A stretch of DNA of 64,000 nucleotides, from positions 1,054,001 to 1,118,000 of the forward strand of contig OX597826.1 in NCBI GenBank assembly GCA_951406725.2, read 5' to 3'. Source of the stretch: Octopus vulgaris (Eukaryota). A model generated the notes under the pieces. That model made no database searches. It worked only from the letters and a program-made list of their open reading frames with translations, and was not told the DNA's origin. The translations under genes were made by a program, and so were the position numbers. Position 1 is the first letter of the stretch. Every line of letters starts with the position of its first letter. Shown here in pieces: positions 11,456-24,310 of the stretch.

Positions 11456-12968
11456 TTACAGCTCTGCACTGACTGATTTAATTTACTCTGAATTTGCTTA
11501 GACAAATAACAAAGAAAGAAAGAAAGTCGGACAGAAGGAAGGAAGGAAGGAAGGAAGGAAGGAAGGAAGGTAACGTAGTGAAATGAGATGCTGAGCGAAG
11601 AATGAAAATGTGGTTGGATGCCAACAGAGTAATAATGGAGAGAAATATTGTGTTTGACTCTGCCTGCTCAATATTTATATATGTAAAGTAAGGAATACTA
11701 TTAGATAAATACAGAGACTCTGTGTAGACGTCCGATCTGCTAGAAATAGCAGCCAAATCTCCACTGTCTCTAAAGTCATGTCTATTACCTTAATGAAAGG
11801 ATAAAACTGAATAATGTTGTTCATGATATACAAAAAGGGATGATGTTCATGACAGGAAACATTGTTGATCACATGACCCGGGGTCAAACAACAACATTAT
11901 CAATACATCTGCGTGGGGTTCTTGGTCATTTTGTCAAAAGTAATGCTTATTTATTCCTATTGTTTTGAATTAATCCTGAATTATCTCTTAGCTTCAAGAT
12001 TTCAATGATGCAATTACTTATTTTCAGAACAACATTGTAGGGTAGGTGTGAGAGGCCGATTCTGGCTGTCTTAAACATAAAACAATATTTGGATTGGATG
12101 CATATGGTTGGATCAAATGCTAAAATGTTTTTAAAAAAGGGATTTCAACATGTTGCTATGTGCACTGGATTAAAGCAAGAGGCTTCATTGATTTCGGCTC
12201 AGTCTGTTGGTCTGATAACAGTCGCCATTCCCACTTCATTTTTGTTTAGTGCAAATTTCAGTCTGGATCCACAAAACCTAGGATCAAAGGCATTCCATCC
12301 ATGACCATCTGTCTATTTTTTTGTTGTTGTTGTTTTGCACATGTATATCTAGGATTACATTATCCACTGTATCCTTCTTTTAAGATGACAAGATGTGATT
12401 TGAGGGAGATTTGGTCATTATTTTTAGCAGGTTATGTAACCACATAAAAGTTCCTTCACTGTGTTGAGAAGACCCATAATCAAAAGCAATCTAACCATGA
12501 CTATCCTATCATTTTGTATATTTAAGACTGGCAAACATGTCCTTCTCATTTATGTGTGATTTATGGGAGATTTCACTATTGCTAGCAGGTTGAGCAACCA
12601 TATAAAAGCCCACACACTGTTACTTGTTAAAACGAGGTCCTCTAAAAGTGATCTTACAAGGTGAGATAAGATTTCATTAAGGTTGCCATGAGAAAATGTA
12701 CCCAGCAAACTGTAAAGTAGTTGGTGATAGGAATGGCATCCAAACCTAATAACACATACAGTCACCGGTCTTTGGGTGTTGTAGCTCCCAGTAAGAAATG
12801 ACTTAGATACTAATGACCCATCCAACCCATGCCAGCATGGAAAGTGGATGTTAAAGGGTATTTTTAGGGTGGGGTGGGAGCATCAGATATTCACAGGCCT
12901 CTGTTTATAGATCAGAGTCCAAGACTGATGTACTTGGCTGAAAACTCATTTCTCCAAGCTCTGCCAAT

Positions 12969-13006
<38 letters not shown>

Positions 13007-13007
<1 letters not shown>

Positions 13008-13879
13008 GAGGTCTGATCAATAAGTATCCAGATTGATGCCATAGTAACAAAACTAAAGCACACAAAGTGAAGCCACATGGCACAGATTCACCTTGGACTC
13101 TGCAGTGCATGTGCACTAAGTTTCGACGTTCTGACTCACTTCTGCTGTTTACAGTAGTGCCTGGTAGGAAGGTGTGTAGCGTATGATCGTCGCATTGACC
13201 ATGACAGAGAAAGTTGCCATGGTGATACCTGCTCAGAGGCCTACGCAAAATTGCAGAAAGTGTATGAGCTGCACACAAGAGTACAAGGGATTCAGACGTT
13301 TCCAAGATGGCCGAAAAATGTTGATATTGACGAACATTTTGGGAGATCCACAACCAGCAGAACTGAGAAAAACATTGCAGATGTGCGAGTAGATGTGAAG
13401 GGAAATCGTCGAACCACCTAAGTTAACAAAGGGTGTACGGATTAGTTACGGTTCAGTTCAGTCCATTATCACTGAAGATTTGGGTATGAGATACATGTCT
13501 GCCTAGTTTGTGCCAAAACTGCTTTCAGCTGACCAAAAAGACACTCGGGTTTCAGTTGCACAAGATCTCTTTGTGTCGAGAATGATGAAAACTTTTTGAA
13601 AACTTTGTGTAGAGCTCTGAGCAGGTATCGCCAAGCTTTTGGCAAAATTTGATGCAGATTCTCTGCTCAACTGTCTCTGTCATGGTCAATGTGACGATCA
13701 CACGCTACACACATTCCTTCCAAGCACTGCTGTTTTAACAGTGAAAGTGAGCTAGAATGTTAAAACTTAGTGTCCATGCACAGCAGAGTTCGAGGTCAAT
13801 CTGTGCCAAGTGGCTTCACTCTGTCTGCTTTAGCTTCGTTACTATGGCAACAGTCTGGATACTTATTGATCAGACCACG
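13007..13879 (+). mobile_element. Non-autonomous mariner derivative with about 200-bp TIRs and TA TSD
   Basis: TA-cgaggtctgatcaataagtatccaga..tctggatacttattgatcagaccacg-TA; internal transposase remnants (RFQDGRK.., FVPKLLSADQK similar to WVP(R/K)LL). Confidence 0.9.
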
Positions 13880-14969
13880 TACTTGGTCAAAGAACAGCCA
13901 AACAATAGGGTGCTAGGCAACTAACACAGAGGTGTCAACATCACTCAGGGGGTTGATTGGCAGAGTTGTTAGAGCATCAGACAAATGCTTTGTGGTATTT
14001 GTTCTAAGTTCAAATCCCACCAAAGTCAATTTACCTTTCATCCTTTCGAGGTCAATAAAATAAGTACCAGTCAAATGCCGAGGTCAAAAAAATATCAACT
14101 AGCTCTTATCCCCTGCAAATTTCAGGCCTTGTGCCGATGGTAGAAAAGATTATTATTATTATTATGGTGATGAGTTGGCAGAATTGTTAACATGTCAAGC
14201 AAAATGCTTAGCGGCATTTTAAAGGTGGCGAGTTGGCAGAATCGGTAGCACGCCAGGCAAAATGCTTAGTGGTATTTCACCTGCTGTTACATTCTGAGTT
14301 CAAATTCTGCCGAGGTCGGCTTTGCCTTTCATCCTTTTGGGGTCGATAAATTAAGTACCAGTTACGCACTGGAATCGATGTAATCGACTTAATCCCTTTG
14401 TCTGTCCCCTCTGTGTTTATATCCTTGTGGGCAATAAAAAAATTTTTTTTTAAATGCTTAGCAGCATTTCATTTCTCTTTACATTCTGAGTTCAAGGTTT
14501 ACTTTGACTTTCATCCTTTCGGGTTCAATAAAATATGTAGCAGTCAAACACTGGGGTTGATGTAATCGACTTACCTGCTTCCCTGAAATTTGCTGGCCTT
14601 GTGCCAAAATTGGAAACCAAAAGCAGCAGGCTGGTAGAATTGTTAGCAGACTGGGCAAAATGCTTAGCGGCATTTCATCCGTCATTACATTCTGAGTTCC
14701 AATTCCGCTGAGGTTGACTTTGCCTTCCATCCTTTCGAGATCGATGCAATAAGTACCAGTTATTCACTGGGTTGATGTAATCGACTAGCCCACCCCACCT
14801 CTTCCAAAATTTCAAGCCTTGCGTCTATAGCAGAAAGGATTATTATTGTTGTTGTTGTTGTCGTTGTTGGTGGTGGTGTTATTATAGGCTGAAGGATCGA
14901 GAGAATTGCTAGGGAGTTGGATAAAATACCTGGCTGCATTTACTGCAGTTCTTAACATTCTGAGATCAT

Positions 14970-15250
14970 AGGCATAGGAGTAGCTGTGTGGTAAGAAGCT
15001 TGCTTCCCAACCACATGGTTCCAGGTTCAGTCCCACTGCATGGCACCCTGGGTACGTGTGTTCTACTATGGCCTTGGGCCGACCAAAGCCGTGTGAGTGG
15101 ATTTGGTAGAGGGAAACTGAAAGAAGCCCGTCGTATATGTGTGTTTGCATGTTTGTTCCCTAACCATTGCTTGACAACTGATGTTGGTGTGTTTACATCC
15201 CTGTAACTTAGCAGTTTGGCAAAAAGAGACTAGTAAAATAAGTACTAAGC
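14970..15250 (+). mobile_element. tRNA-derived SINE, second family (also 15385-15740, 16563-16985, 19020-19345, 27640-28022, 30855-31230, 31240-31620, 63935-64000)
   Basis: ggagtggctgtgtggtaagaagcttgcttcccaaccacatggttccgggttcagtcccac head; internal TA/CA microsatellite; many copies. Confidence 0.8.
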
Positions 15251-15578
15251 TTGCTGCAAGCACTGTTACATTAAACATCATGGAATTAGAACTTAATTTG
15301 CAACTATGTACACCTGGGAGCAGAGAGTGCCTGCTACTTCACCTTAGTAGATGATAATTAGCTGAGGGGTTATACCTGTTCAGGTATTCTTTTACGTGTT
15401 TCAATCATTTGACTGGGATCATGCTGGAGCACCGCCTTTTAGTCGAAGAAATCAACCCCTGGACTTATTCTTTTAAGCCTGGTACTTATTCTATCTGTCC
15501 GTTCTGCTGAACCGCTAAGTTACAGGAATGTAAACACACCAACATCAGTGGGGGAGGGGGACAGACACAAAGACATAA

Positions 15579-15609
<31 letters not shown>

Positions 15610-15914
15610 AGATGGGCTTCTTTCAGTTTCCATCTACCAAATCCACTCACAAGGATTTGGTCGGCCCAAGGTGCCATGCAGTAGGACTGAACCCAGAACC
15701 ATGTGGTTGGGAAGCAAGCTTCTCACCACACACCCACGCCACTCAACCCTCAACTGAATTTTAACTATTTGTCCCGAGATGGTTGCTGTTGCTTGGGCAC
15801 CATGATCAAAGAGGTTTCTCCTACAACCATCCCATTTATATATTCAGTGGTTGATTAACTAGATGCCAGTTGGGTCCAGGTGCCCAATATAAAGGGTTTT
15901 AAAAACAGTTCTCA

Positions 15915-16399
15915 TATTATTCAGAACACCTTACTTCCCTGGGCATGGATACATTGAAACTCCGACGTCTGGCAACTGACTTGGCAGACACCCATAAAAT
16001 TATTAACCATCTCACAAACAATAACTCTGAGCACCTTTTCAAACTCCACCTGTCTAACACCCATGGACATGTTTACAAAGTCAGAAAACAGCACAGCTCC
16101 CATGACTTTCAGAAACATTTGTTCACACTAAGAGTTGCTGAAGCATGGAACTAACTGCTGGCATCAGTTAGTTGTCGGAACACTGCATCCTTCAAAACTT
16201 CCATGCTTCCCGAGATTCACCAACACTACACCTGATTTTCTCCCCTCCATACACATGCAAGCATGTCTCTGACTCATACACTGTTCACTTTCAAGACATT
16301 TGTACGTTACTGCATATGCTTTATATCCACTTTCTGACAAATTGTGGTGCACCTGAGCACTGTATACAATAATTTCATTATTATTATTATTATTATTAT
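15915..16399 (+). mobile_element. CR1-clade LINE 3' fragment with (ATT)n tail
   Basis: YSEHLTSLGMDTLKLRRLATDL..HKII..THGHVYKV..FTLRVAEAWN fits the CR1 ORF2 C-terminal pattern (Y.ERL..L..L..RR...DL..YKI..TRGH..K..RV...WN.LP). Confidence 0.8.
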
Positions 16400-16716
16400 C
16401 CTCTTCTTTCGTGATTTCACTGTGAATTTAGCTCATCAAATTCAACTCATACAGGTGTCTAATAACTTACTTAAGCCTACCCCACCACCTGCCTCCATAT
16501 ACACACATGCTTACATATGTATTTCTGTGCATACACACACACACACACACATATATATATGATAGGTGCAAGTGTGGGTGTGAGGTAAGAAGCTTGCTTC
16601 CTGACCACATGGTTTTGGGTTCAGTCCCACTCCGTGGCACCTTCGGCAAGTGTCTTCTATAGCCTCATGCTGACCAAAATCTCGTGAGTGAATTTGGTAG
16701 ACAGAAGCTGAAAGAT

Positions 16717-16770
<54 letters not shown>

Positions 16771-18475
16771 GTGTGTGTATCAGTGTATGTTCCCTTGCCA
16801 TCTTTTCACAACTGATGCTGGTGTGTTTATGTCCTTGTAACTTAGCAGTTTGAGAAAAGAAATTGATTGAATAAGTACTCAAAAAAATAAGTCCTGGGGT
16901 CAATTTCTTTGACTAAAACCCTTTAAGGCAGCGCTCCAACACGGCTGCAGTCAAATGAATGACTGAAACAAGTAAAACAATAAAAGAAAGTATATCTATC
17001 TGTCTATCTATCTAATATGTATTTCTATATATATATTATTGTTATTATTATTTTTCTAAATCTCTCAAAGAGAAACATTCAGTAATAGGTCTTTAAAGTA
17101 AAGGCTATTTGCCAACATAATGTGGCTGTCCTGGAAGAGGCGATGTTACTGTTATTTCTAGCTGGCTATACAACAAAATATCTGTGTCCTTATATTTTCG
17201 AACAGGGAGTTCAGCACTCCCATCCAGTGCAATATATATATATATATATCAATATATATATATATATATCAATATATATTATTATTATTTTTCTAAATCT
17301 CTCAAAGAGATATATCTATATTTCTATATTAGTGTAGGCACATGCCTCAGTGGTTAAGGTGTTGGACTCATGATTGTGAGATTGCAGTTTTGATTCCTGG
17401 ACTGGGTCAGGAGTTGAGTCTGTGAGCCAAACACTTCATTTCATGTTGCTCCAGGCCACTCAGCTGGTAAAAATAAATAATACAGTGACAGACTGGCATC
17501 CCATCCAGGGGAATATATACACCACAGAAAACCAGGAAACTGGCCCTAATCTCCTTACAGAGTAAAATTGACTGACTATATACAGACTATATACAGACTA
17601 CAAGTATAGTTTATCTAAGACCACATTATTAAATCAAATATCTTTTCTTTATCTTTTCATGAGCCCTAGGATTCACAAGGCCAAGGTTTAGCCCAGTTTC
17701 CATGACCTAACAACACTACCCTTGAATGGGATGCTGGCTTGTTGCAGGGTTAATTTCCAAGCTATTTCTGGGAACCGTTTACAGCTGAGTGGACTGCAGC
17801 AACATGAAATGAAGTGTTGATGCAGGAATCAAAATCAGAATTTTACAATAAGTAAATTGCCTTAACAACTCAACCATGTGCTTTCACAAATTAAATATGC
17901 ATTTCCTTTTTTCAAATAGTATAGTATGAGTTGAGGAAGATTTAGCCAGGCCATTCAGTAAGACAAATTGGCAGTATCATTCTAGTGTTGGAGAGAATTC
18001 CTTGCAGTATATGTTCCAACTTTCTGCTCTCTGAGTTCAAATCTTAATGAGATCAACTTAGTCTTTTATCCTTTTAGGGGTCAATAAAAATGCACCAATT
18101 CAAGGCTATGGATTGCCTAAATTGTAAGAATGTCAGACTGGATGCCTTGCAGCATTTTTTCTGAATCTCTGCACTCAGAGTTCAAATCCCATTTCATCCT
18201 TCCAAGGGTTAATAAAAAGCCAAAAAAAGTACTAATCCAGAATAAATGATTGGTGGCATTGCTAGAGAGACTAAATGCCAGATGAGCAGTTGAAGAAGAT
18301 TTAGGTTCTCTTGCTGACTCTAACTGATATAATTCCAAACTGCAATCAGCAGTAGTACCATGGAATTAAGAAGAATTTTGATAGCTTATGGTCTAAAGTT
18401 CAATTCCTGCCACAGAAAAAGCCAGCTGTGACAAGGTAATTCTCTTAGCTCTTTAGCATTCAGATTACTGCCGAA

Positions 18476-18905
18476 TGACTGAGGACTAGCAGGCCAAGAG
18501 GCTGCACCTGACTCCAATCTGATCTGGAGAGGTTTCTACAGCTGGATGCCCTTCCTAATGCCAACCACTCTGAGAGTGTAGTGGGTGCTTTTTATGTGTC
18601 ACTGGCATGGGGGTCAGTCAGGCGGCACCGACCATGTTCAAATGGTGCTTTTTACGTGCCACCAGCAAGGGAGCCAGTCAGGAGGCACTGGCATCAACCA
18701 CACTCGAAAGGTACTTTTTATGCGTCACTGGCACAGGAACCAGTCAGGCAGCACTAGCATCGACCACACTCAAATGGTGCTTTTTATGTGCCACCAGCAT
18801 GGGATCAGTCAACTAGCACTGGCATCGACCATGCTCGAATGGTGCTTTTTGTGTGTCACCAGCATGGGAGCCGGTCAGGCGGCACTGGCATCGACCACGC
18901 TTGTA
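18476..18905 (-). mobile_element. RTE-tail element with five 59-66-bp tandem units, inside a TTAA-type MITE (about 18446-19016)
   Basis: Unit start ggtgcttttt at about 18584, 18643, 18709, 18776 and 18841, adjoining the RTE tail; MITE ends ctctttagcattcagatt and tttaaatgcaaaagggttaa. Confidence 0.75.
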
Positions 18906-20209
18906 TGGTGATGACATTGTAGGGTAGGTGTGAGAAGCCAATTTTTGACAGTTTGAACATACAACAAGTAGAATATTTGGACTGGATATGGCCAGTTTAA
19001 ATGCAAAAGGGTTAAGTTATAAGCTAAGAGTTCTTTGCTTGGCAGCCACATGTTTTCAGGTTCAGTCTCACCATGTGGCAACTTGAGCAAGTGTCTTTTA
19101 CTATAGACTTGGGCTAACCAATGCCTTGAGAGGGATACTGAGTGGAAGCTGTGTGTGTGTTTGTCCACCACCACTTGATAATTGGTGTTAGTTTGTTTAC
19201 ATCCCCATAGCTTAATGTTTCGGTAAAAGAGATCAATAGAATAAGTCTCAGACATAAAAAGTAAAATGATTTGTTCAACTAAGTCCTTCAGAGTGGTGCC
19301 TCAGCATGGCCGCAGTCCAATGACTGGAACAAGTTAAAGATAAAAGGCAAAGATTCATCCACTTAGCAAAACAGGAGTTAAGAGTTGAGTATCAGAGATG
19401 GTCACTTTTTTTTCCTTTTTTTTTTCCTCAGCTTTATATAGATTGAAACATAACGATTGGATGAATTGATAAGGTGTCATCCTACAGGCAGATTGTATAG
19501 TACCATTGATGCTGTACTCTACCCTTGACATAGAGTATACCAACATAAAATTTTTGTGAGGAGTGTGAGGTGTTGGTGATTAAAGAGAAATATTATGCCC
19601 AGGTGCACATATATATATTATATATATATATACACACACAACATAATATTTCATTAGTCACATTGCTTGTAATTAGATTTTCCCTAATTAACACATATAA
19701 AAAAAGCACCCACTACACTCACGGAGTGGTTGGTGTTAGGAAGGGCATCCAGCTGTAGAAACATTGCCAGATAAGACCGGAGCCTGGTGCAGCTTTCTGG
19801 CTTCCCAGATCACCGGTCGAACCGTCCAACCCATGCTAGCATGGAGAACGGACGTTAAACAATGATGATGATGATGATGATATTATACACATAAAACACA
19901 GACATTCCTACACACAAACATACACATACACACATCATCATCATATTTATGGTTGCCTTCCATGCTGGCATGGATGGGTTGGACAGTTTGACAGGCTCCG
20001 ATCATTTGGAGACCCACATCCTGCTCTAGTGTCTCAGTTTTGGCATGGTTTCTATGGCTGGCTGCTCTTCCTAACACCTGTGCACCTACAGGTGAAAATC
20101 AGAGCAGCAAGAAATTAACGTGAGCAAAATAAAATTATTAATCTCTACTATGGTACTGAATAGCCTTTTGTCTCACAGTTAACATTAAACAGGCAAATAT
20201 ATATATATA

Positions 20210-20808
20210 TAAGAATAATGGAAAATGGAGACAAACGCTCAAGATGTTATCTAAATCATTCATATCACTTTATTACCAACATGTTTCGATAGATCATCAT
20301 CATCATCATCATCACCGTTTAACATCCGCTTTCCATGCTAGCATGGGTTGGATGATTTGACTGAGGTCTGGCGAACCAGATGGCTGCACCAGGCTGCAAT
20401 CTGATCTGGCAGAGTTTCTACAGCTGGATGCCCTTCCTAACACCAACCACTCCGAGAGTGTCGTGGGTGCTTTTTACATGCCACCGGCACAAGGCATTGC
20501 ATTAAAATAAACCCCAGAGGAAGAATAATTTGGAAAAATGCATCAATCTTATCAAGGAGGAGATTATTGTTTTCCATACACACATTATATATTATATATT
20601 GTAGTTTCTTCCATCTGTAAAAATGACTTATTAACGAGCATTGTTGTTTATAATCTCCTCCCTGATGAGGCTGATGCATTTTACCAAATTATTCTTCCTC
20701 TCAGATTTATTTTAATGCATCCATCGAAACATATGTCGGGGGTTATATGGTGATGTAAAGGATTTAAATAGCATCTTGACCGTTTGTCTCCATTTCCCAT
20801 TATTCTTA
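20210..20808. mobile_element. Inverted pair of Penelope-like terminal repeats; left (minus) copy split by an RTE-tail insertion (about 20297-20495)
   Basis: 20210-20297 plus 20497-20566 is the reverse complement of 20650-20808; the repeat carries a hammerhead motif. Confidence 0.7.
20657..20742 (+). ncRNA. Type I hammerhead ribozyme motif (minimal, Penelope-type)
   Basis: Stem I cctcc/ggggg; CTGATGA 20662-20668; stem II closed by G20669-C20725 with gatgcatt/aatgcatc; GAAA 20726-20729; palindromic stem III ACATATGT; GTC triplet with predicted cleavage after 20737. Confidence 0.75.
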
Positions 20809-22260
20809 TGTTCTCCAAAACACATCTTACTTCTCCTCGGAACTAACACCCATGCAAGTATGATTACTAATTCCTTAGGCGCGTCTGTGACATTTGGCTC
20901 CCCTGGTAACTATTCCTCTGGATCTTCCCTTGTCAATTGTACATATATATCTATATGTTATACTCTATTTTAATCCAACTATGCTTAGCAATAGTCAGTT
21001 CAGTTAATGTTTAAAGTTATCATAAATTGAAGTTAATTAATTAGGATACACAAAATGATCTCAGCTATAAAATTAGGCAATCAAATATCAATTAGAACTG
21101 ATCTGAAAAAAGAAAAAAAGAACCCCCAAATTATTACTTGCATTTAACTAAAAAACAAACTTCCACTTAATAAATATTTGTTTGTTTAAGACAAGGAACA
21201 AAACTGCTATTTTTTTAAGAAGAAAGAAGGAATAACAGATGTGTGTGTGTGTGTGTGTGTGTGTAACACTCATTTTTTTTTCTTGTCAAGGATATAAGCA
21301 GCATAAGTGGAGAATTAAAACCATCTTGAGGTTTTGCCTGAGTAGGAGAGGTTAATTCATGCTTTATGGTACATGCCAATTCGTACTTAGAATTTCTTTT
21401 ATTTTCCTACAACCACATGATACACCATATCTGATGGCATATAACACGCACACTTTACCCAAGAAAATGCCCCCTCCCCACTCAAAAAAATAACCCTTGG
21501 TCTTATATGTGATGTTTGTCCTTATATTACGTGCTTAAAATGAAGTAAAAGTTATTTGTCCTGAACATGTGCAGCTGAAATTGGAGTGCATCGAATGGAC
21601 CCATGAGTCTTTTATGCCATCAAATACAGTAATTTCACACACAAATGCTTTGTTACAATTCACTCTCTTTCCATACACACACACACACACACACAAATGT
21701 AAGCATACCAACCAATCCACTCATTGTGTCAGACTTAAAGAAACACATTATAGCCAGTGTGTGTGTGTGTGTGTGTAAGCAATTGGTGAAGAAAATAAAG
21801 GCAGAATTGATGAAGACTTTGAATAGAACCAGTACAAAAAGAAAAGATAATGTTTAACAACAACAGAAGTGAATAGATTGGTGAAGAAGATCAATTGTAT
21901 TTACAGGTTTGTTGTGGGTGGGGAATATGTCACCATCAGATTTGTGTTTTATAATAATAAATTCACCTAAAATACAGAATCCAACAATGTTTGCAGAATC
22001 GCATCACATTAAATTTTTTTTCTAGTCCACGTACAAATTGCACATGTGTGTGTGTGTGTGCGTGTGTGTGTGTGTGTGCAAGAGTGTGTGCATTGTTGTG
22101 TTGTGCATGTGTATGTGAGAGGACAATGAAGGTAAGTGAAGACAAACAGACAGACAGACAGAGTGAGAGAGAGAGAGAGACGGACAAACAGACAGACAGA
22201 CAGACAGATAGACAGACAGACCAATAAAACTAATGTATGTGTTCCTCGTTAATATTGTTG

Positions 22261-22712
22261 TCATTTTGATTCACCTGTATTGCTAGTAGTGTTATTGTTG
22301 CTAGTACGCTCTTGACTTTTAACTGGCTGCGGTGAAGCAGTCGCTGTAATTGCAGAAGAAGAAAGTTTGCTGGCAGCCGCTGCAGTGGCAGCCTGAATGA
22401 CACTGACCCCCTGTGCAGGGAGGGCCTGGCCAGGTGTCATTGTGGCTAGTTTCATACCGGCCGACGGAGTTATGATCCGAGCATAGACTGGTGGTGGTTT
22501 GCCCTTGCCAGCAAACTTCCCTTGGACTTTAGCGGTTTGTAGTAACTGTGCTGATGACAAGACTGTGGTTCCCGACTGTTGCAAAGCTGGTTGTGAGATC
22601 AAGATTGTTGTTTGGCCGGCTTTCACACTGGATGGCTGTGAAAGTACAGTTCTTACAACCTGGATATTTTGCGTTGGTTTTCCACTGTTGCTGCTCACGA
22701 TTATAGGTGTTG
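22261..22712 (-). CDS. NFRKB: NFRKB terminal coding exon Q (ATPIIVSSNSGK..NTGESK*)
   Basis: tcttgtag acceptor, phase 1, TGA at 22263-22261. A possible donor (ACAG/gtgaat) just before the stop means a further exon cannot be excluded. Confidence 0.8.
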
Positions 22713-24246
22713 CTACAAGATAATAATAAAACAGTAAATGAGCACAATCAATAAATATCAAAGCAAATAAATCAAATGAAAATAAAAAAAAAAAGCAACA
22801 ACAATATAATAAATAAATACAAGTTTATAATTTTTCCCACTATCAATATCATCGTTAGAGGTGAAAAGACTTTCAACTACAATTTGATTGGAGATCCAAT
22901 GAAGCAAAAAATATAATCTAGATGTAAATATCAAAATATCTTTTATCTCAAAAAATCCACCCATCCATCTACCCACTTTCTCTGCTCACTATTCTTGGAA
23001 AGGTTGTGGGAGCAGAGTTCTCAAGCACCGCCTCTATATATGGTCCTATCAGGAGCAATCAGCATTACACTTTTCAGCTGGATTCTCAAGTGTGACCAAC
23101 TGAGACTATCGATATTACCCAACCATCTCGTTTGGTCTACTTCGTTTGGTCTCCTGCTGGTTGGCTCAGCTTCAAGAATTCCTCTTGTGATGTTTTCCTG
23201 TGCAAATTCTAATAACATGTCTGTAGTCCCAGACCTGTGACCTCAACACATGAAGCTAATGGAAACGTGGGACCAAGACCACCAGAAGACTCTAGTCGGA
23301 GGCCAAGTAGCCTCCAGGCACAGAGGAGGAGTTGAACTAAACCAATACTACACCCTATTGAAATTTTACAGTGTTACCAAATACGTGACTACCTGATGGA
23401 AGCTAAATACCAAAGGGACAAGGTGTTTGATTACCAAGGTAGGGATACAATTTCAAATTTATTGGTTTCAAATTTTGGCACAAGGCCAGCAACTTCGTGG
23501 GCGGGGGGAGCGAACTTATAATCTTGTTAACAACAACAACTCGTACTAGTCATTTAGACATTTCATTTATTCCATTGGACATTAGGTTAATTATGGGCTC
23601 CAATTTAGGCACACAGACAGCAATTTTGATGGAATGGGACCAGTCAAAATGATTGTGGCCCTATGCTTGACAGATATTTTATTTGACTGACCCTAAAAGG
23701 ATGAAAGGCAAAGTTAACCCTGGTGGTATTTGAACTCAGAATGTAAGGAACCAGAAAAACGTTTTTTCCAATGCTCTAATGATTCTGCCAGTTTGTCATT
23801 TTAAGAGAAACACTAATTTCAAAAAGCTTACAGAAAAACTGTTGAGTTTAGTTACCTTGACTGACTGTAGGTGTCACTGTGGTGTCAGCAGAGCCAACTT
23901 TGACACTTGTTCCTGTCGCTGGTTGATGGAGTATGAACTGAGCAGGAAGCAGCCCAGCTTGAGCTGCAGTCACAACTTTGGCTTGGGAAACTCCGGACAA
24001 ACCTTTAAAACACACAGCAAAAATATAAATAGTGACAGTTACTTCCAGTTTCCTTTTGTAGATGCATTTATAGCATGCATGCAAGGTCCAAAATTGTACA
24101 AAAAAAAAACAAACAAAAGACACAGACAGGGAAAATGGAAGAAGTCTTTGAGGTTTCAAGCCCAAACTCTTCTATAGAAAGGAATAAGGAGAGAAAACAG
24201 ATGCAGAGAGGAAAAATGTGTCTGGACTAAAAGTTGTATATGTTGA

Positions 24247-24310
<64 letters not shown>

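Noticed and set aside
11008-11505. His/Cys-rich metal-binding protein ORFs
   Set aside because: All six frames are open because of a stop-free 14-bp minisatellite.
14165-14850. tRNA gene cluster
   Set aside because: The A/B boxes belong to SINE heads followed by SINE bodies; no complete cloverleaf.
21398-21403. NFRKB poly(A) signal (AATAAA on minus strand)
   Set aside because: Plausible position about 860 nt after the stop, but such hexamers are frequent in this AT-rich DNA; not supportable without 3'-end reads.
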